The position numbers and the translations under genes were made by a program. Shown here piece after piece: positions 36,500 to 45,529 of a DNA stretch of 64,000 nt. Source of the DNA: Acidobacteriaceae bacterium (GTDB lineage Bacteria; Acidobacteriota; Terriglobia; Terriglobales; Acidobacteriaceae); contig CBDAQY010000003.1 in NCBI GenBank assembly GCA_965199215.1, positions 72,070 to 136,069 of the forward strand. Direction: 5' to 3'. The notes beneath the pieces are model-generated. The model saw nothing but the letters and a program-made list of their open reading frames with translations. It ran no database searches and was not told where the DNA came from. The stretch's first letter is position 1. Each line of letters opens with the position of its first letter.

Positions 36500-37141
36500 A
36501 TGAACATCGCCCTCTTCGGCGCCTCCGGAGGTACCGGCAAGCTCCTCACCGAACGCTGCCTCGCCGCCGGTCACACCGTCTCAGCCCTCGTCCGTACCCC
36601 GGAAAAATTCCCGTACTCGGCCCGCGTCCGAGTCATCAAAGGCAGCGCCTTCGACACCTCCGCCGTCGCCGAAACTCTGCTCGGAGCGGATGCCGTCCTC
36701 TCCGCCCTCGGCGCGAAATCCCCCTTCAAGAAGGAGGACGTTCTCCAGCGCGCCATCCCTTTGATCGTTGCCGCCATGCAGCAGCACGGACCGCGCCGCA
36801 TCGTCGCCCTTGGCTCAGCCGGCGCCCCCGCAACCTCGCTTGACAAGCAGCCCTTCTTCAGCCGCTGGCTCGTCCGGGAGATCGTCTACAAACACTTGCT
36901 CAAGTACCCGGTCCAGGAACAGGTCTCGCAGCTGCACGATCTCTCAAGCAGCAGCCTCGATTGGACAATGGTCCTTCCACCCGTCCTGGCGAACCTGCCC
37001 GGTCGCGGCCACTACCGCATCGACGGCGCCGCCCTGCCGTTCCTCGGAGCGCTTATCTCCCGCACCGACGTCGCCGACTTCATGATGCAGCAACTCACCA
37101 CCTCGCAATGGGTTCGCAAAGGCGTCTACATCACCTGGTAG
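36500..37141 (+). CDS. NAD(P)H-binding (atypical SDR / BVR-B-like) protein
   Basis: MNIALFGASGGTGKLL Rossmann motif. AGGAG RBS. Confidence 0.8.
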   Translation: MNIALFGASGGTGKLLTERCLAAGHTVSALVRTPEKFPYSARVRVIKGSAFDTSAVAETLLGADAVLSALGAKSPFKKEDVLQRAIPLIVAAMQQHGPRRIVALGSAGAPATSLDKQPFFSRWLVREIVYKHLLKYPVQEQVSQLHDLSSSSLDWTMVLPPVLANLPGRGHYRIDGAALPFLGALISRTDVADFMMQQLTTSQWVRKGVYITW

Positions 37142-37337
37142 TCACCCCTGGGCCACCCGCCACGGCTCGCGACCAACCGTGTCCTCCTTCAACCAAGTCG
37201 GAGGATATGCTGTTGCACCTGTCGTCACTTGTTCTCTCCGCCCGTAACACCTCGACCGATCGGCGCTTCCGGTGTCTGCAAACGAAAAGGCATTCGCGAA
37301 CTCGCGAATGCCTCAATCTCTCGCTCTCACTTGAACC

Positions 37338-38792
37338 CTATCCCAAAGTCTCCATCAACTTACTCAACGTTCTACCCAGGTCCTTATCCGTCCGCTTCAA
37401 CTCATCGATCTTCGCAATCGAGTGCATCACCGTCGTATGGTGCTTGCCCCCGAACTGCCTTCCGATCTCGGGCAGCGAAGCCTCCGTCAACTGCTTCGCC
37501 AGGAACATCGCAATCTGCCTGGGCACCACAATCTGCCGCGAGTTGTTCTTCTGCTTCAACTCCGCGACCCGCATCCCGAACTGCTCCGCCACGGCCCGCT
37601 GAATCGCTTCGATCGTGATCTTCCGCACCTGCGTATCGATGAACTGCTTCAGGCACTGCTGCGTCACTGCCAGCGTAATATCCACGCCATGCATGGAGCA
37701 CCACGCGATCAGCCGCACCAGCGCGCCCTCAAGCTCACGCACATTCGTCCGCACATTCGAAGCGATAAACAGCGCCACGTCCGTCGGCAGCTGCGTGTGT
37801 TCCGACTCCGCCTTCTTCTGCAGAATCGCAACCTTGGTCTCAAGATCCGGCGGCTGGATATCAGCAATCAATCCCCACTCGAAACGCGACCGCAGCCTGT
37901 CTTCGAAATCGGCAAGCTCTTTCGGAGGGCGGTCCGAAGCGATCACGATCTGCTTCATGCTCTCGTGCAGCGCGTTGAAGGTGTGGAAGAACTCCTCCTG
38001 CGTCCGCTCCTTACCGGCAAGAAACTGGATGTCGTCGACCAGCAGCACATCCGTCGTCCTGTACTTGTCCCGGAAGCTCGTCATCTTGTCATAGCGAACA
38101 GAGTTGATCATCTCGTTCGTAAACTTCTCGCCAGAGATATACGTGATCGATGCATGGGGCTGCCGCCGTTTCACATCGTGCCCGATCGCCTGCATCAGGT
38201 GGGTCTTGCCCATCCCCGATCCGCCATAGAGAAACAGCGGGTTGTAAGCCTTCGAAGGTCTCTCTGCCACTGCCTGCGAAGCCGCCATGGCGAACTGGTT
38301 GCCGCTGCCGATCACGAACGCATCGAAGACATACTTCGGGTTCAACTGCGAAGCCGCACTCCAATCGAATCGCGCCTGCTCCACCGCGGGCAACGGAGGT
38401 GCAGTGTTGCCACGATTCAGCCTGTTGCCGCTTGCATTGCCAGGCGCATTCGCTACTGGTGCATTCGGGCTATGTGTCGGCAGCGGAGCGAACCCGCCGT
38501 CCTCGCGCAGCTTGGGAACCGTCGGATCCTGTGCCGGCGTCTGGAACGTGACCGTTTCGATCTCCAGATTCAGGTTGTCAATCGCTTCCTGGATCAGGTC
38601 CGCGTACTTTTGACCAATGTGTTGAAACTCCGCCGAGGGCACTCTGACGAACAGCGTCTTTCCGTTCACATGCGAGAACCTTGTCGGTTTCAGCCACGTG
38701 TCGAACGACTGGCGATTGATCTTCTTTTCGAGCGCCGCCAGGATGCGGACCCAATAGTTCAATACGGCGGTTGCCGTGGGAGCGAATGACAT
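37338..38792 (-). CDS. dnaA: chromosomal replication initiator DnaA
   Basis: NPLFLYGGSGMGKTHL Walker A, LLVDDIQFL, VIASDRPP, and C-terminal domain IV with KHHTTVMHS. The start was taken at MSFAPTAT. Confidence 0.93.
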   Translation of the reverse strand: MSFAPTATAVLNYWVRILAALEKKINRQSFDTWLKPTRFSHVNGKTLFVRVPSAEFQHIGQKYADLIQEAIDNLNLEIETVTFQTPAQDPTVPKLREDGGFAPLPTHSPNAPVANAPGNASGNRLNRGNTAPPLPAVEQARFDWSAASQLNPKYVFDAFVIGSGNQFAMAASQAVAERPSKAYNPLFLYGGSGMGKTHLMQAIGHDVKRRQPHASITYISGEKFTNEMINSVRYDKMTSFRDKYRTTDVLLVDDIQFLAGKERTQEEFFHTFNALHESMKQIVIASDRPPKELADFEDRLRSRFEWGLIADIQPPDLETKVAILQKKAESEHTQLPTDVALFIASNVRTNVRELEGALVRLIAWCSMHGVDITLAVTQQCLKQFIDTQVRKITIEAIQRAVAEQFGMRVAELKQKNNSRQIVVPRQIAMFLAKQLTEASLPEIGRQFGGKHHTTVMHSIAKIDELKRTDKDLGRTLSKLMETLG

Positions 38793-39358
38793 TTTTTTAT
38801 TAATCCTTTTAACTTTTAGGAGGCCCGTGCTTCGCCGAGGCACCTGCAGATCGCAGTAAGGCGCGTACAGAAAGTGACGCATACCGGCAGACAAGGACGC
38901 GGACCCGCCAGAGACAGCAGGGCAGGGAAGCGACGACGTGTCTGCAAGAAAGTCTTCACCCAGGCTTGGGAAAAGCGAGTGGTATGAAGAGAAAAGTTAA
39001 GACTAAAAAAACAACGTGCGGCTTGCTGAGGTGCGGTGCAAAACATATTGCGAAGCGGGTTTGATAGTAGCACGCTGAGAGTGCCGTTTTAATGGGCCAT
39101 TCACTAGAAAAGTGAAGTTGCACCATTCCTTGTGAACTCTGATTCCCGCTGTCGTCTTCGAGGCTGGCAAGCCACCCGAAGCGCGTGAAAATACCATCTC
39201 CAGGCCTTCTTCCCGGGCTCGTTTTTGTGATAAGCGACGCTCTTCGAGAGAAGCCCGCGACATCGCGCTCGCCCGGCGCTCGTCTGTTGCACTTCTGTCC
39301 GTTATGCTGTGACGCTCATCGTGCAGTCTTCTGCTTGTCTTTGCTGGCCACCCATTGC

Positions 39359-39421
39359 GGTCATCCTGAGCGCAGCGGATCACCGTCCCGATCGTGATCC
39401 CCGGAGTCGAAAAATCTGCGC
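39359..39421 (+). repeat. repeat family B
   Basis: Head ggtcatcctgagcgcagc, hairpin ggatcac..gtgatcc and a degenerate tail ggagtcgaaaaatctgcg. Confidence 0.75.
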
Positions 39422-39583
39422 TTGATCCCGCTCGGCGCTGTAAAAATCCCGTCGCCTGAGGTATACTTTGGGTTGGCCGCAACCGCCAAAAGTTCAGAGC
39501 AGAAACGCCCCCTGATTTGTGGTTTCGATTCGCACTCAAAATCGTACCTTCCAGAGGGGCCCTGCACACGAAAAGAGAGTTCA

Positions 39584-39739
39584 ATGCCCAAGCGTACCTT
39601 CCAGCCCAACCGCCGCCACCGCGCCAAGACCCACGGCTTCCTCACCCGCATGAAGACTAAGGCTGGTGCCGCTGTCCTCAGCCGCCGCCGCGCTAAGGGC
39701 CGTCACAAGATCGCCGTCTCCGCCGGCTTCCGCGACTAG
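39584..39739 (+). CDS. rpmH: 50S ribosomal protein L34
   Basis: [46 protein letters not shown] is the canonical L34 sequence. Confidence 0.93.
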   Translation: MPKRTFQPNRRHRAKTHGFLTRMKTKAGAAVLSRRRAKGRHKIAVSAGFRD

Positions 39740-39779
39740 CTCGCACCTGCACGCTACGCTTCCGCATCATCAGCAAGCG

Positions 39780-39815
39780 GCCACCGCGATTATGGATTGC
39801 GGTGGCCTTTCTGTG
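39780..39815 (+). terminator. intrinsic terminator downstream of rpmH
   Basis: ggccaccgc-gattatggatt-gcggtggcc is a 9-bp stem followed by tttctgt. Confidence 0.65.
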
Positions 39816-39910
39816 TCCGCGCATCGATTCTTGTTCTTGACCCTCTTCCCCCCTGTTCGGGCAGCATCTTCTCGCCTCCTTCCCCGCGAATGCCATGCCC
39901 CAGCAAGTAT

Positions 39911-39973
39911 GTGTCATCCTGAGCGGAACAAATCGCGGTTGTCTTGCGATTCGGAAGTCGAAGGACCTGCTGT
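39911..39973 (+). repeat. repeat family B
   Basis: Head gtgtcatcctgagcgg, hairpin aatcgc..gcgatt, tail gaagtcgaaggacctgctgt. Confidence 0.85.
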
Positions 39974-39998
39974 AGCTCCTTCCTGTCTCGGCCCACAG

Positions 39999-40538
39999 CT
40001 AGCTTCCCATCATCTCTGCCAGTGTCTTCACCGTCCGCCAGTTCCTCTGCGTCCCCACGGTCTTCAGCTTTGAATCGAAATAAGCATTGGTCAGCTTCGT
40101 CTTCGCCGCCCCGTGCGGCAGATGCAGGTAAATCTCTCGCCCTCGCACCATATACTCGTCCGGCACTGACCTTGCCGCATCCAGCCCCGCAATCATCGCA
40201 GCCGAAGGCTCGTCCTCAAGAAACATAACGTGCAGCCAGGCTTCGTCCACATCGCGATCCAGAAATGGATTTTCCGCAAGCACCTTCACCATCTCCGCAG
40301 CCGACCGCATCACCACCGGCACCTTCAACCCAAACTGCTTTGCAATCTCCGCCCGCACCAGGCTCGCGACATCCTTCCTCGCGCCTTGGCGAAACACCAC
40401 ATTGCCGCTCTGGATATATGTCTTTACGTCGGTGCACCCTGCCACCGCAAACATCTCCGCCAGCGCCTTCATCGGCAGGATGTTCTTTCCGCCCACATTG
40501 ATTCCGCGCAGCAGCGCCAATGCCATCTCCGCCTTCAT
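39999..40538 (-). CDS. DUF1697 domain protein
   Basis: LLRGINVGGKNILPM hallmark. The ATG overlaps the stop of the upstream antiporter gene (ATGA). Confidence 0.8.
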   Translation of the reverse strand: MKAEMALALLRGINVGGKNILPMKALAEMFAVAGCTDVKTYIQSGNVVFRQGARKDVASLVRAEIAKQFGLKVPVVMRSAAEMVKVLAENPFLDRDVDEAWLHVMFLEDEPSAAMIAGLDAARSVPDEYMVRGREIYLHLPHGAAKTKLTNAYFDSKLKTVGTQRNWRTVKTLAEMMGS

Positions 40539-41770
40539 GCCGCTTTCTTTCTCCGTACCAGGAAGTAGTCCATCGATCCGCCCTGCACCACAATCGAGAA
40601 CAGCACCACCGAGTAAGTCGCTACCAGTATCCAGCTTCTGCCCTGCTGCACCGGCACAGAAAGCGCCAAAGCCAGCGACAACCCGCCCCTCAGGCCGCCC
40701 CAGCTCAGTGTCCTGATCGAACTCAAATATCCCGGCTCGATCATCCGTATCACCGAGATCATCGCGGCCACCACCGCCAGCCTCACCAGCGTCACGACCA
40801 AGATCGCCACCCCACCCGATCGAAGCGCCAGTCCACTGAATGGGATTGCCAGGATCATCAATCCCAGCAGCACAAACAGCACCGCATTCTGCACCTCGTC
40901 GATCACCTCCCAGAAGCTGTCGAGCCGCTCATGCGCGATCTCCCCGTGAACATGGTTCAGATTGAACCGCCGCAGCGCGATCCCCGCCGCCACAGCCTCG
41001 AGTGGTGCCGACACATGCAGTCTCTCTGCCATCGCATATCCGCCCACGGCCAGCGCAATCGTCATCAGAATCTCGATCTGGTATGCATCCACAGCCCGCA
41101 TCAGTGCCGAAGCTCCCCATGCCAGCGCCACTCCCAGCAGCAGACCTCCACCCGCCTTCAGCACCAGCCCGCCCATCACGTCTGCTGCTGAAGGCGTCGC
41201 TCCCCGGGAGGCCTCCAGCAATGCTATGAACAGCACCGCCCCTACGCCATCATTGAACAGCGACTCGCCCGCAAGCTGCGCCTGCACGTTCCTCGGCACA
41301 CCCACCCGCCGCAGCAGTTCAAGCACTGCAATCGGGTCCGTGGGCGAGATCAGCGCTCCAAAGAACAGGCACGCCATCCACGACGTATGCAGCCCGATAA
41401 GCGGCAGTCCAAGCCACATCAATCCCGCTGTTATTCCCGTCGAAAGGATCGTTCCCGGAAGCGACAGCAGCGTCACCACCAGCTTCTCCTTCGCCAGCGC
41501 CTCCAGGTCCAGCAGAAACGATCCCGCAAACAGCAGCAGCCCCAGCATCCCGTGCAGGATCAGGTTCTCGAAGTCGATCTCTCCAACCAGCTGCATCGCC
41601 CAGCCATGCACGGCCGGGTCCCGCGCGCTCACCCCAAGCAGCGCCAGCGCCCCGATCACCGTCAGCATCATGGTCCCGATGGTGATGGGCAGCTTGAGCC
41701 ATCGCCGGCTCACCCAGCCAAACAGCGCCGCCGTCGTCACCAGCAGACCTATCAGTTCGGACCTGGACAT
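40535..41770 (-). CDS. CPA1-family Na+/H+ antiporter (NhaP-like)
   Basis: About 12 hydrophobic segments and LAGESLFNDGVGAVLF, the typical CPA1 block. Confidence 0.85.
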   Translation of the reverse strand: MSRSELIGLLVTTAALFGWVSRRWLKLPITIGTMMLTVIGALALLGVSARDPAVHGWAMQLVGEIDFENLILHGMLGLLLFAGSFLLDLEALAKEKLVVTLLSLPGTILSTGITAGLMWLGLPLIGLHTSWMACLFFGALISPTDPIAVLELLRRVGVPRNVQAQLAGESLFNDGVGAVLFIALLEASRGATPSAADVMGGLVLKAGGGLLLGVALAWGASALMRAVDAYQIEILMTIALAVGGYAMAERLHVSAPLEAVAAGIALRRFNLNHVHGEIAHERLDSFWEVIDEVQNAVLFVLLGLMILAIPFSGLALRSGGVAILVVTLVRLAVVAAMISVIRMIEPGYLSSIRTLSWGGLRGGLSLALALSVPVQQGRSWILVATYSVVLFSIVVQGGSMDYFLVRRKKAA

Positions 41771-41938
41771 GAAATAGCCTTCCTCGCCCAAGTCTACCGA
41801 CTCAGCAGTGCACACTTAACGCGTTGACAGCGTCGCTCACACCAGCCCGGCCACTCGGATGCTCCCATACCTGTCGCTTTGTCTCACGCGCTTTGTCTCA
41901 CGCGAGGGGTATGGATCGACAACTCCCGATCGCCGCCA

Positions 41939-42904
41939 TCACAGCTTCAGCAAAGCAGCCGCATTTCCGTGCGTAAACCTCGCCATCTCTTCCTCACTCA
42001 ACTCCAGAGTCTTCAGGAAGTCCCGACCCTTCGTGTTCGGGCTGAAAGGGTAGTCAACCGAGTACATCATCCGCTCGATGCCCACCACCTCCAGAGCGCA
42101 CTGTAGTGGCGGCTTCGTAAAGTAGCCGCTCGTCGTCACATGGAAGTTCCTGTGAAAGTACTCTGCCACGGTCATCGGAAGCTTCACGGCCCTGCTGAGC
42201 ACCTCACTCGACCGGGCTAACGCATAAGGAACACCCTCGCCCATATGCCCGATGATGATCTGCAACTCCGGAAACCTTTCGAGCAACCCAGCCACAATCA
42301 ACCGCAGCGCATGAAGCCCCATCTCCGCATGCCATCCCCATCCGGCGATCGAGAGCAGATGCCCCGCCTCGCCCGGCAGCCCCGAGAAATAAGCCTCCTG
42401 CACCACCTTCGGCGGCTCCGCGGGATGCACATAGAGGGGCACGCCCAGCGCATTCGCCACCTCAAACACAGGCAGGAACTTCGGCGCATCCAGAAACTCG
42501 CCCTCGGTGGTTCCATTGAGCATTGCTCCCTTGAAGCCCAGCTTCGTGACGCATCGTTCCAACTCCCTGGCCGCGCTCTCCGGCTCCTTCATTGCCAGCG
42601 TCGCGAACCCCGCAAACCGTTCTGGATGGTTGCGCACGGCTTCGGCAAGCTCGTCGTTCACATCGTGCAGCACCTGCGTAGAATCCGACGCCTTGAGCTC
42701 ATCAAACCCAATCGCCGCCAGCGACAGCACCTGCATATCTACGCGCCCTTCATCCATCGCCGCTATGCGACTTTCACCGAGATCCAGCAGCTTCGCCCGC
42801 ATCTGCTTGAAACCCTCAGGGCCATCATCTCCATAGGCACCCGTGGCCTTCAGAAAACCAGCGGTCACAAAATGTTCTTCCAGGGTGATCGTCTTCATGC
42901 CCAT
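41939..42904 (-). CDS. amidohydrolase-2 (ACMSD-like) family protein
   Basis: ITLEEHF N-terminal metal-binding block, HPA and IIIGHMGE blocks. Confidence 0.75.
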   Translation of the reverse strand: MGMKTITLEEHFVTAGFLKATGAYGDDGPEGFKQMRAKLLDLGESRIAAMDEGRVDMQVLSLAAIGFDELKASDSTQVLHDVNDELAEAVRNHPERFAGFATLAMKEPESAARELERCVTKLGFKGAMLNGTTEGEFLDAPKFLPVFEVANALGVPLYVHPAEPPKVVQEAYFSGLPGEAGHLLSIAGWGWHAEMGLHALRLIVAGLLERFPELQIIIGHMGEGVPYALARSSEVLSRAVKLPMTVAEYFHRNFHVTTSGYFTKPPLQCALEVVGIERMMYSVDYPFSPNTKGRDFLKTLELSEEEMARFTHGNAAALLKL

Positions 42905-43004
42905 TGAGACGCTTATTAGGCTACAAACGTCTTCCGCCATTCCGCCTTCCTTCGAACGCGGGTGCCACCCCGCGGCCCGGGTGTCCCATCTATCGCGGTT
43001 CTGT

Positions 43005-43034
43005 CTTAGCGACGGGTGGGACGTAAACCTTCGG
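43005..43034 (+). repeat. motif family D (CTTnnCGAYGGGTGGGA..TAAACC)
   Basis: cttagcgacgggtgggacgtaaaccttcgg, 58 bp upstream of rnpA. Confidence 0.6.
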
Positions 43035-43091
43035 TTGCCCGAGGCTGGCCTTCACAGCAGGAGACACTTCCGCTCAACGTAAACTGATTCC

Positions 43092-43505
43092 ATGCCTCAC
43101 CTCATCTTCCGCCTCCGCAAACACGCCGACTACCAGCGCGTCTACAAGGCAAGCCGCAAGCAGTTTGCAAAACAGATGAGCTACTTCTTCACTCTCCGCA
43201 CTCCCGACGAAATCGCGACCGATCCCGACGGCGCAACCGGCGCCCGCATCGGCCTCACCGTAGGCAAGGTCATGGGCAAAGCCGTCGACCGCAACCGCAT
43301 CAAGCGCCGGATGCGCGAAGCCGTTCGCAGCAACCTCGGCACGCTCACCACCCCCGTAGACGTCATCCTTCACCCCCGCCGAGCGGTAATTGATCTGGAG
43401 TTTGCACAGTTAGACCGCGAAGTTGCCACCGTCTTCCGCACCATCCAGAAGCTGGCCGCCCGCACCCCGCAACCGGGCAGCATCGCAAAGTCGCAACCAA
43501 ACTAG
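43092..43505 (+). CDS. rnpA: ribonuclease P protein component
   Basis: LRKHADYQRVY..., RIGLTVGKVMGKAVDRNRIKRRMREAVR (RNR motif). Confidence 0.85.
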   Translation: MPHLIFRLRKHADYQRVYKASRKQFAKQMSYFFTLRTPDEIATDPDGATGARIGLTVGKVMGKAVDRNRIKRRMREAVRSNLGTLTTPVDVILHPRRAVIDLEFAQLDREVATVFRTIQKLAARTPQPGSIAKSQPN

Positions 43506-43560
43506 CGCCGCATTGTCTCTTGATTTCCACTCTTGCTTCTCATTCCGTCGGCTACCCCTT

Positions 43561-43595
43561 CGTTTGTCATTCCCGCAGGGAATCTGCTTCTGCCC
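43561..43595. repeat. repeat family A
   Basis: cgtttgtcattcccgcagggaatctgcttctgcc. Confidence 0.85.
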
Positions 43596-43675
43596 TTGCC
43601 GTCGTCTGTTCTTCACCCGATGCAATAGCTCTTCTCCGTTCTGAAATTGTGCTCTTTAAGCGGATGCGACTTGCT

Positions 43676-45016
43676 CTAAACCTCACCGCTCTTCGCCAGC
43701 CCGCCAAGCACCAGCGCGCTCGGCTTCGGTGTCCGCTTCTGCGTCGTCCGATCGACCGCCACCAAGCCAAACGTCGGCCCATACCCCGATACCCACTCGA
43801 AATTATCCAGCAGCGACCAGTAGATATATCCGCGAACATCCACGCCGTCCCTGCGGCATCCTTTCACACCCTCGACAGCGCGCTTGATGAACTCCACCCG
43901 CCGGCTATCGTCCGTTACTGCCACGCCATTCTCTGAAACCAGGATCGGCACACCGGCCTCCTTCGCAGTCAAACGAATGGCATGTTCGAGAGCCTCCGGA
44001 TAAAACTCATAGTCGCTCTGCGTCAGCTCGGTGCCCGCCGGAGGCGTCAGATTTGCCTTGCCCACAAAGCTCCGCGTGTAGTTCTGCACCCCGATGTAAT
44101 CATCAGACTTCGCCAGGTTGAACCACGGGGCGTACACCTGCTTCCGCTTCTCTTCCACATGACTCTCCTGCTTCATCTCGGGCGTAGGAGCCTGGTCGTC
44201 TTCAATCGCCAGGCTGAAGCCGACCGGCAGCGCCGACCGCTCCGCCTTAATCGCCTTCCGCCCCTCGGCGTGCGCCACCAGCATCGTTTCGAGCATCTTG
44301 TCCGGATCTCCCAGGAAGATCGTGCTCAGCATCGGCTGGTTTGTCTGCTTGCGGATGTTCGCCAGCTGCCCCCGCGTCATGTCGCTCAACGTGCCGACGT
44401 GCGGTATCTCCAGCCACCGGAAGAGCATCGGCAGGTTCGGTTCATTCAACGTCATCGCATAGCCGATTAAATCCCCCAGCGCCTTCGTCACCACGCCGCA
44501 ATAACGCGCAAACAGCGCAGCGGTCTTCGGATTGTCCCATCCTCCCTGGAACGCCACCCACTGCGGCAACGCCACGTGCACGTACGTGACCACGGGTAGG
44601 ATCCCGTGCTTGTGGCAGGTCTCAAGAACGCGGCGATAGTGGCCCAGCTCCGCCTGCGAGAAGGCCCCCTCCACCGGCTCGATCCGCGACCACTCTACCG
44701 AGAAGCGATAAGTGTTCAGGCCGAACGAAGCCAGCATCGCAATGTCGCTCTCGAACAGGTGGTACTGATCGCACGCGTCCCCCGAAGGCTCCTTGAAGAT
44801 GGAGTTCGGCAGATGCTCCAGCAGCCAGCAATCGTCGTTCACCAGGTTGCCTTCCACCTGGTGGCCCGCCGTCGCCGCCCCCCACAGAAACGGCGTCTTT
44901 GCCGTCACCGAGGAAGCCACCATCTCTGCACGAGCAACCTCCCGCGCAAGCAGCGTTCCTACTCCGGCACCCATAAGCCCAAGCGCACTTCGACGACTCA
45001 TATAAGGCTTCAGCAT
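43676..45016 (-). CDS. GH1 beta-glucosidase with Tat/Sec-type leader
   Basis: WGAATAGHQVEG, TLNEPN (acid/base) and VSENG (nucleophile). Leader is MLKPYMSRRSALGLMGAG. Confidence 0.85.
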   Translation of the reverse strand: MLKPYMSRRSALGLMGAGVGTLLAREVARAEMVASSVTAKTPFLWGAATAGHQVEGNLVNDDCWLLEHLPNSIFKEPSGDACDQYHLFESDIAMLASFGLNTYRFSVEWSRIEPVEGAFSQAELGHYRRVLETCHKHGILPVVTYVHVALPQWVAFQGGWDNPKTAALFARYCGVVTKALGDLIGYAMTLNEPNLPMLFRWLEIPHVGTLSDMTRGQLANIRKQTNQPMLSTIFLGDPDKMLETMLVAHAEGRKAIKAERSALPVGFSLAIEDDQAPTPEMKQESHVEEKRKQVYAPWFNLAKSDDYIGVQNYTRSFVGKANLTPPAGTELTQSDYEFYPEALEHAIRLTAKEAGVPILVSENGVAVTDDSRRVEFIKRAVEGVKGCRRDGVDVRGYIYWSLLDNFEWVSGYGPTFGLVAVDRTTQKRTPKPSALVLGGLAKSGEV

Positions 45017-45111
45017 CTTCAACCCCCTAGACGATCCCTGTTGGTAACAGATTGAATTCTCCACTGTAAAGTTGGGTATCGTATTCGGGCGCCCTACTCC
45101 ATTGCGCCTTT

Positions 45112-45145
45112 GTCTTCCGCGGATGGGTGGGATCCACGATCTCGG
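45112..45145 (+). repeat. motif family D
   Basis: gtcttccgcggatgggtgggatccacgatctcgg, 68 bp upstream of yidD. Confidence 0.55.
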
Positions 45146-45212
45146 TCCCGCCACAACGAGAAGCGATAGCATAGTACCGGACACGAGCGCCGGAGAGGTC
45201 GGCACCGTACCC

Positions 45213-45485
45213 ATGGTCGACTCCGCTCTCCCATCAGATCCGCTCCCGCTCCGCCTCGCCTTCGCCGTCTACAAGCGAGTCCTCTCACCCATCGCCCACG
45301 CGATCAGCCCCACCCAATGCCTCTACCTTCCCACCTGCAGCGAATATGCCTACGTAGCGCTCCACCGCTTCGGCCTCACTAAAGGCTCCTGGCTTGCCCT
45401 CAAACGGCTCGCCCGCTGCCATCCCTTCGCCAAGGGCGGCCTCGACCCTGTACCTGAATCTGGGCGCCCCGGATCTCGATTCTGA
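45213..45485 (+). CDS. yidD: membrane protein insertion efficiency factor YidD
   Basis: YKRVLSPI...[46 protein letters not shown]. The last 9 codons and the stop lie in repeat C3. Confidence 0.85.
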   Translation: MVDSALPSDPLPLRLAFAVYKRVLSPIAHAISPTQCLYLPTCSEYAYVALHRFGLTKGSWLALKRLARCHPFAKGGLDPVPESGRPGSRF

Positions 45486-45497
45486 GATGTGGGATTC
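45467..45497 (+). repeat. repeat family C (supplies the yidD C-terminus and stop)
   Basis: ccccggatctcgattctgagatgtgggattc. Confidence 0.75.
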
Positions 45498-45529
45498 GTC
45501 TGGGACTCTTGCCTTCATGGCATCTGCCT

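Noticed and set aside
39003-39584. 193-aa minus-strand ORF filling the dnaA-rpmH spacer
   Set aside because: No GC3 bias, low-complexity Arg/Ser content, and it reads through a family B repeat. No RBS or homolog pattern.
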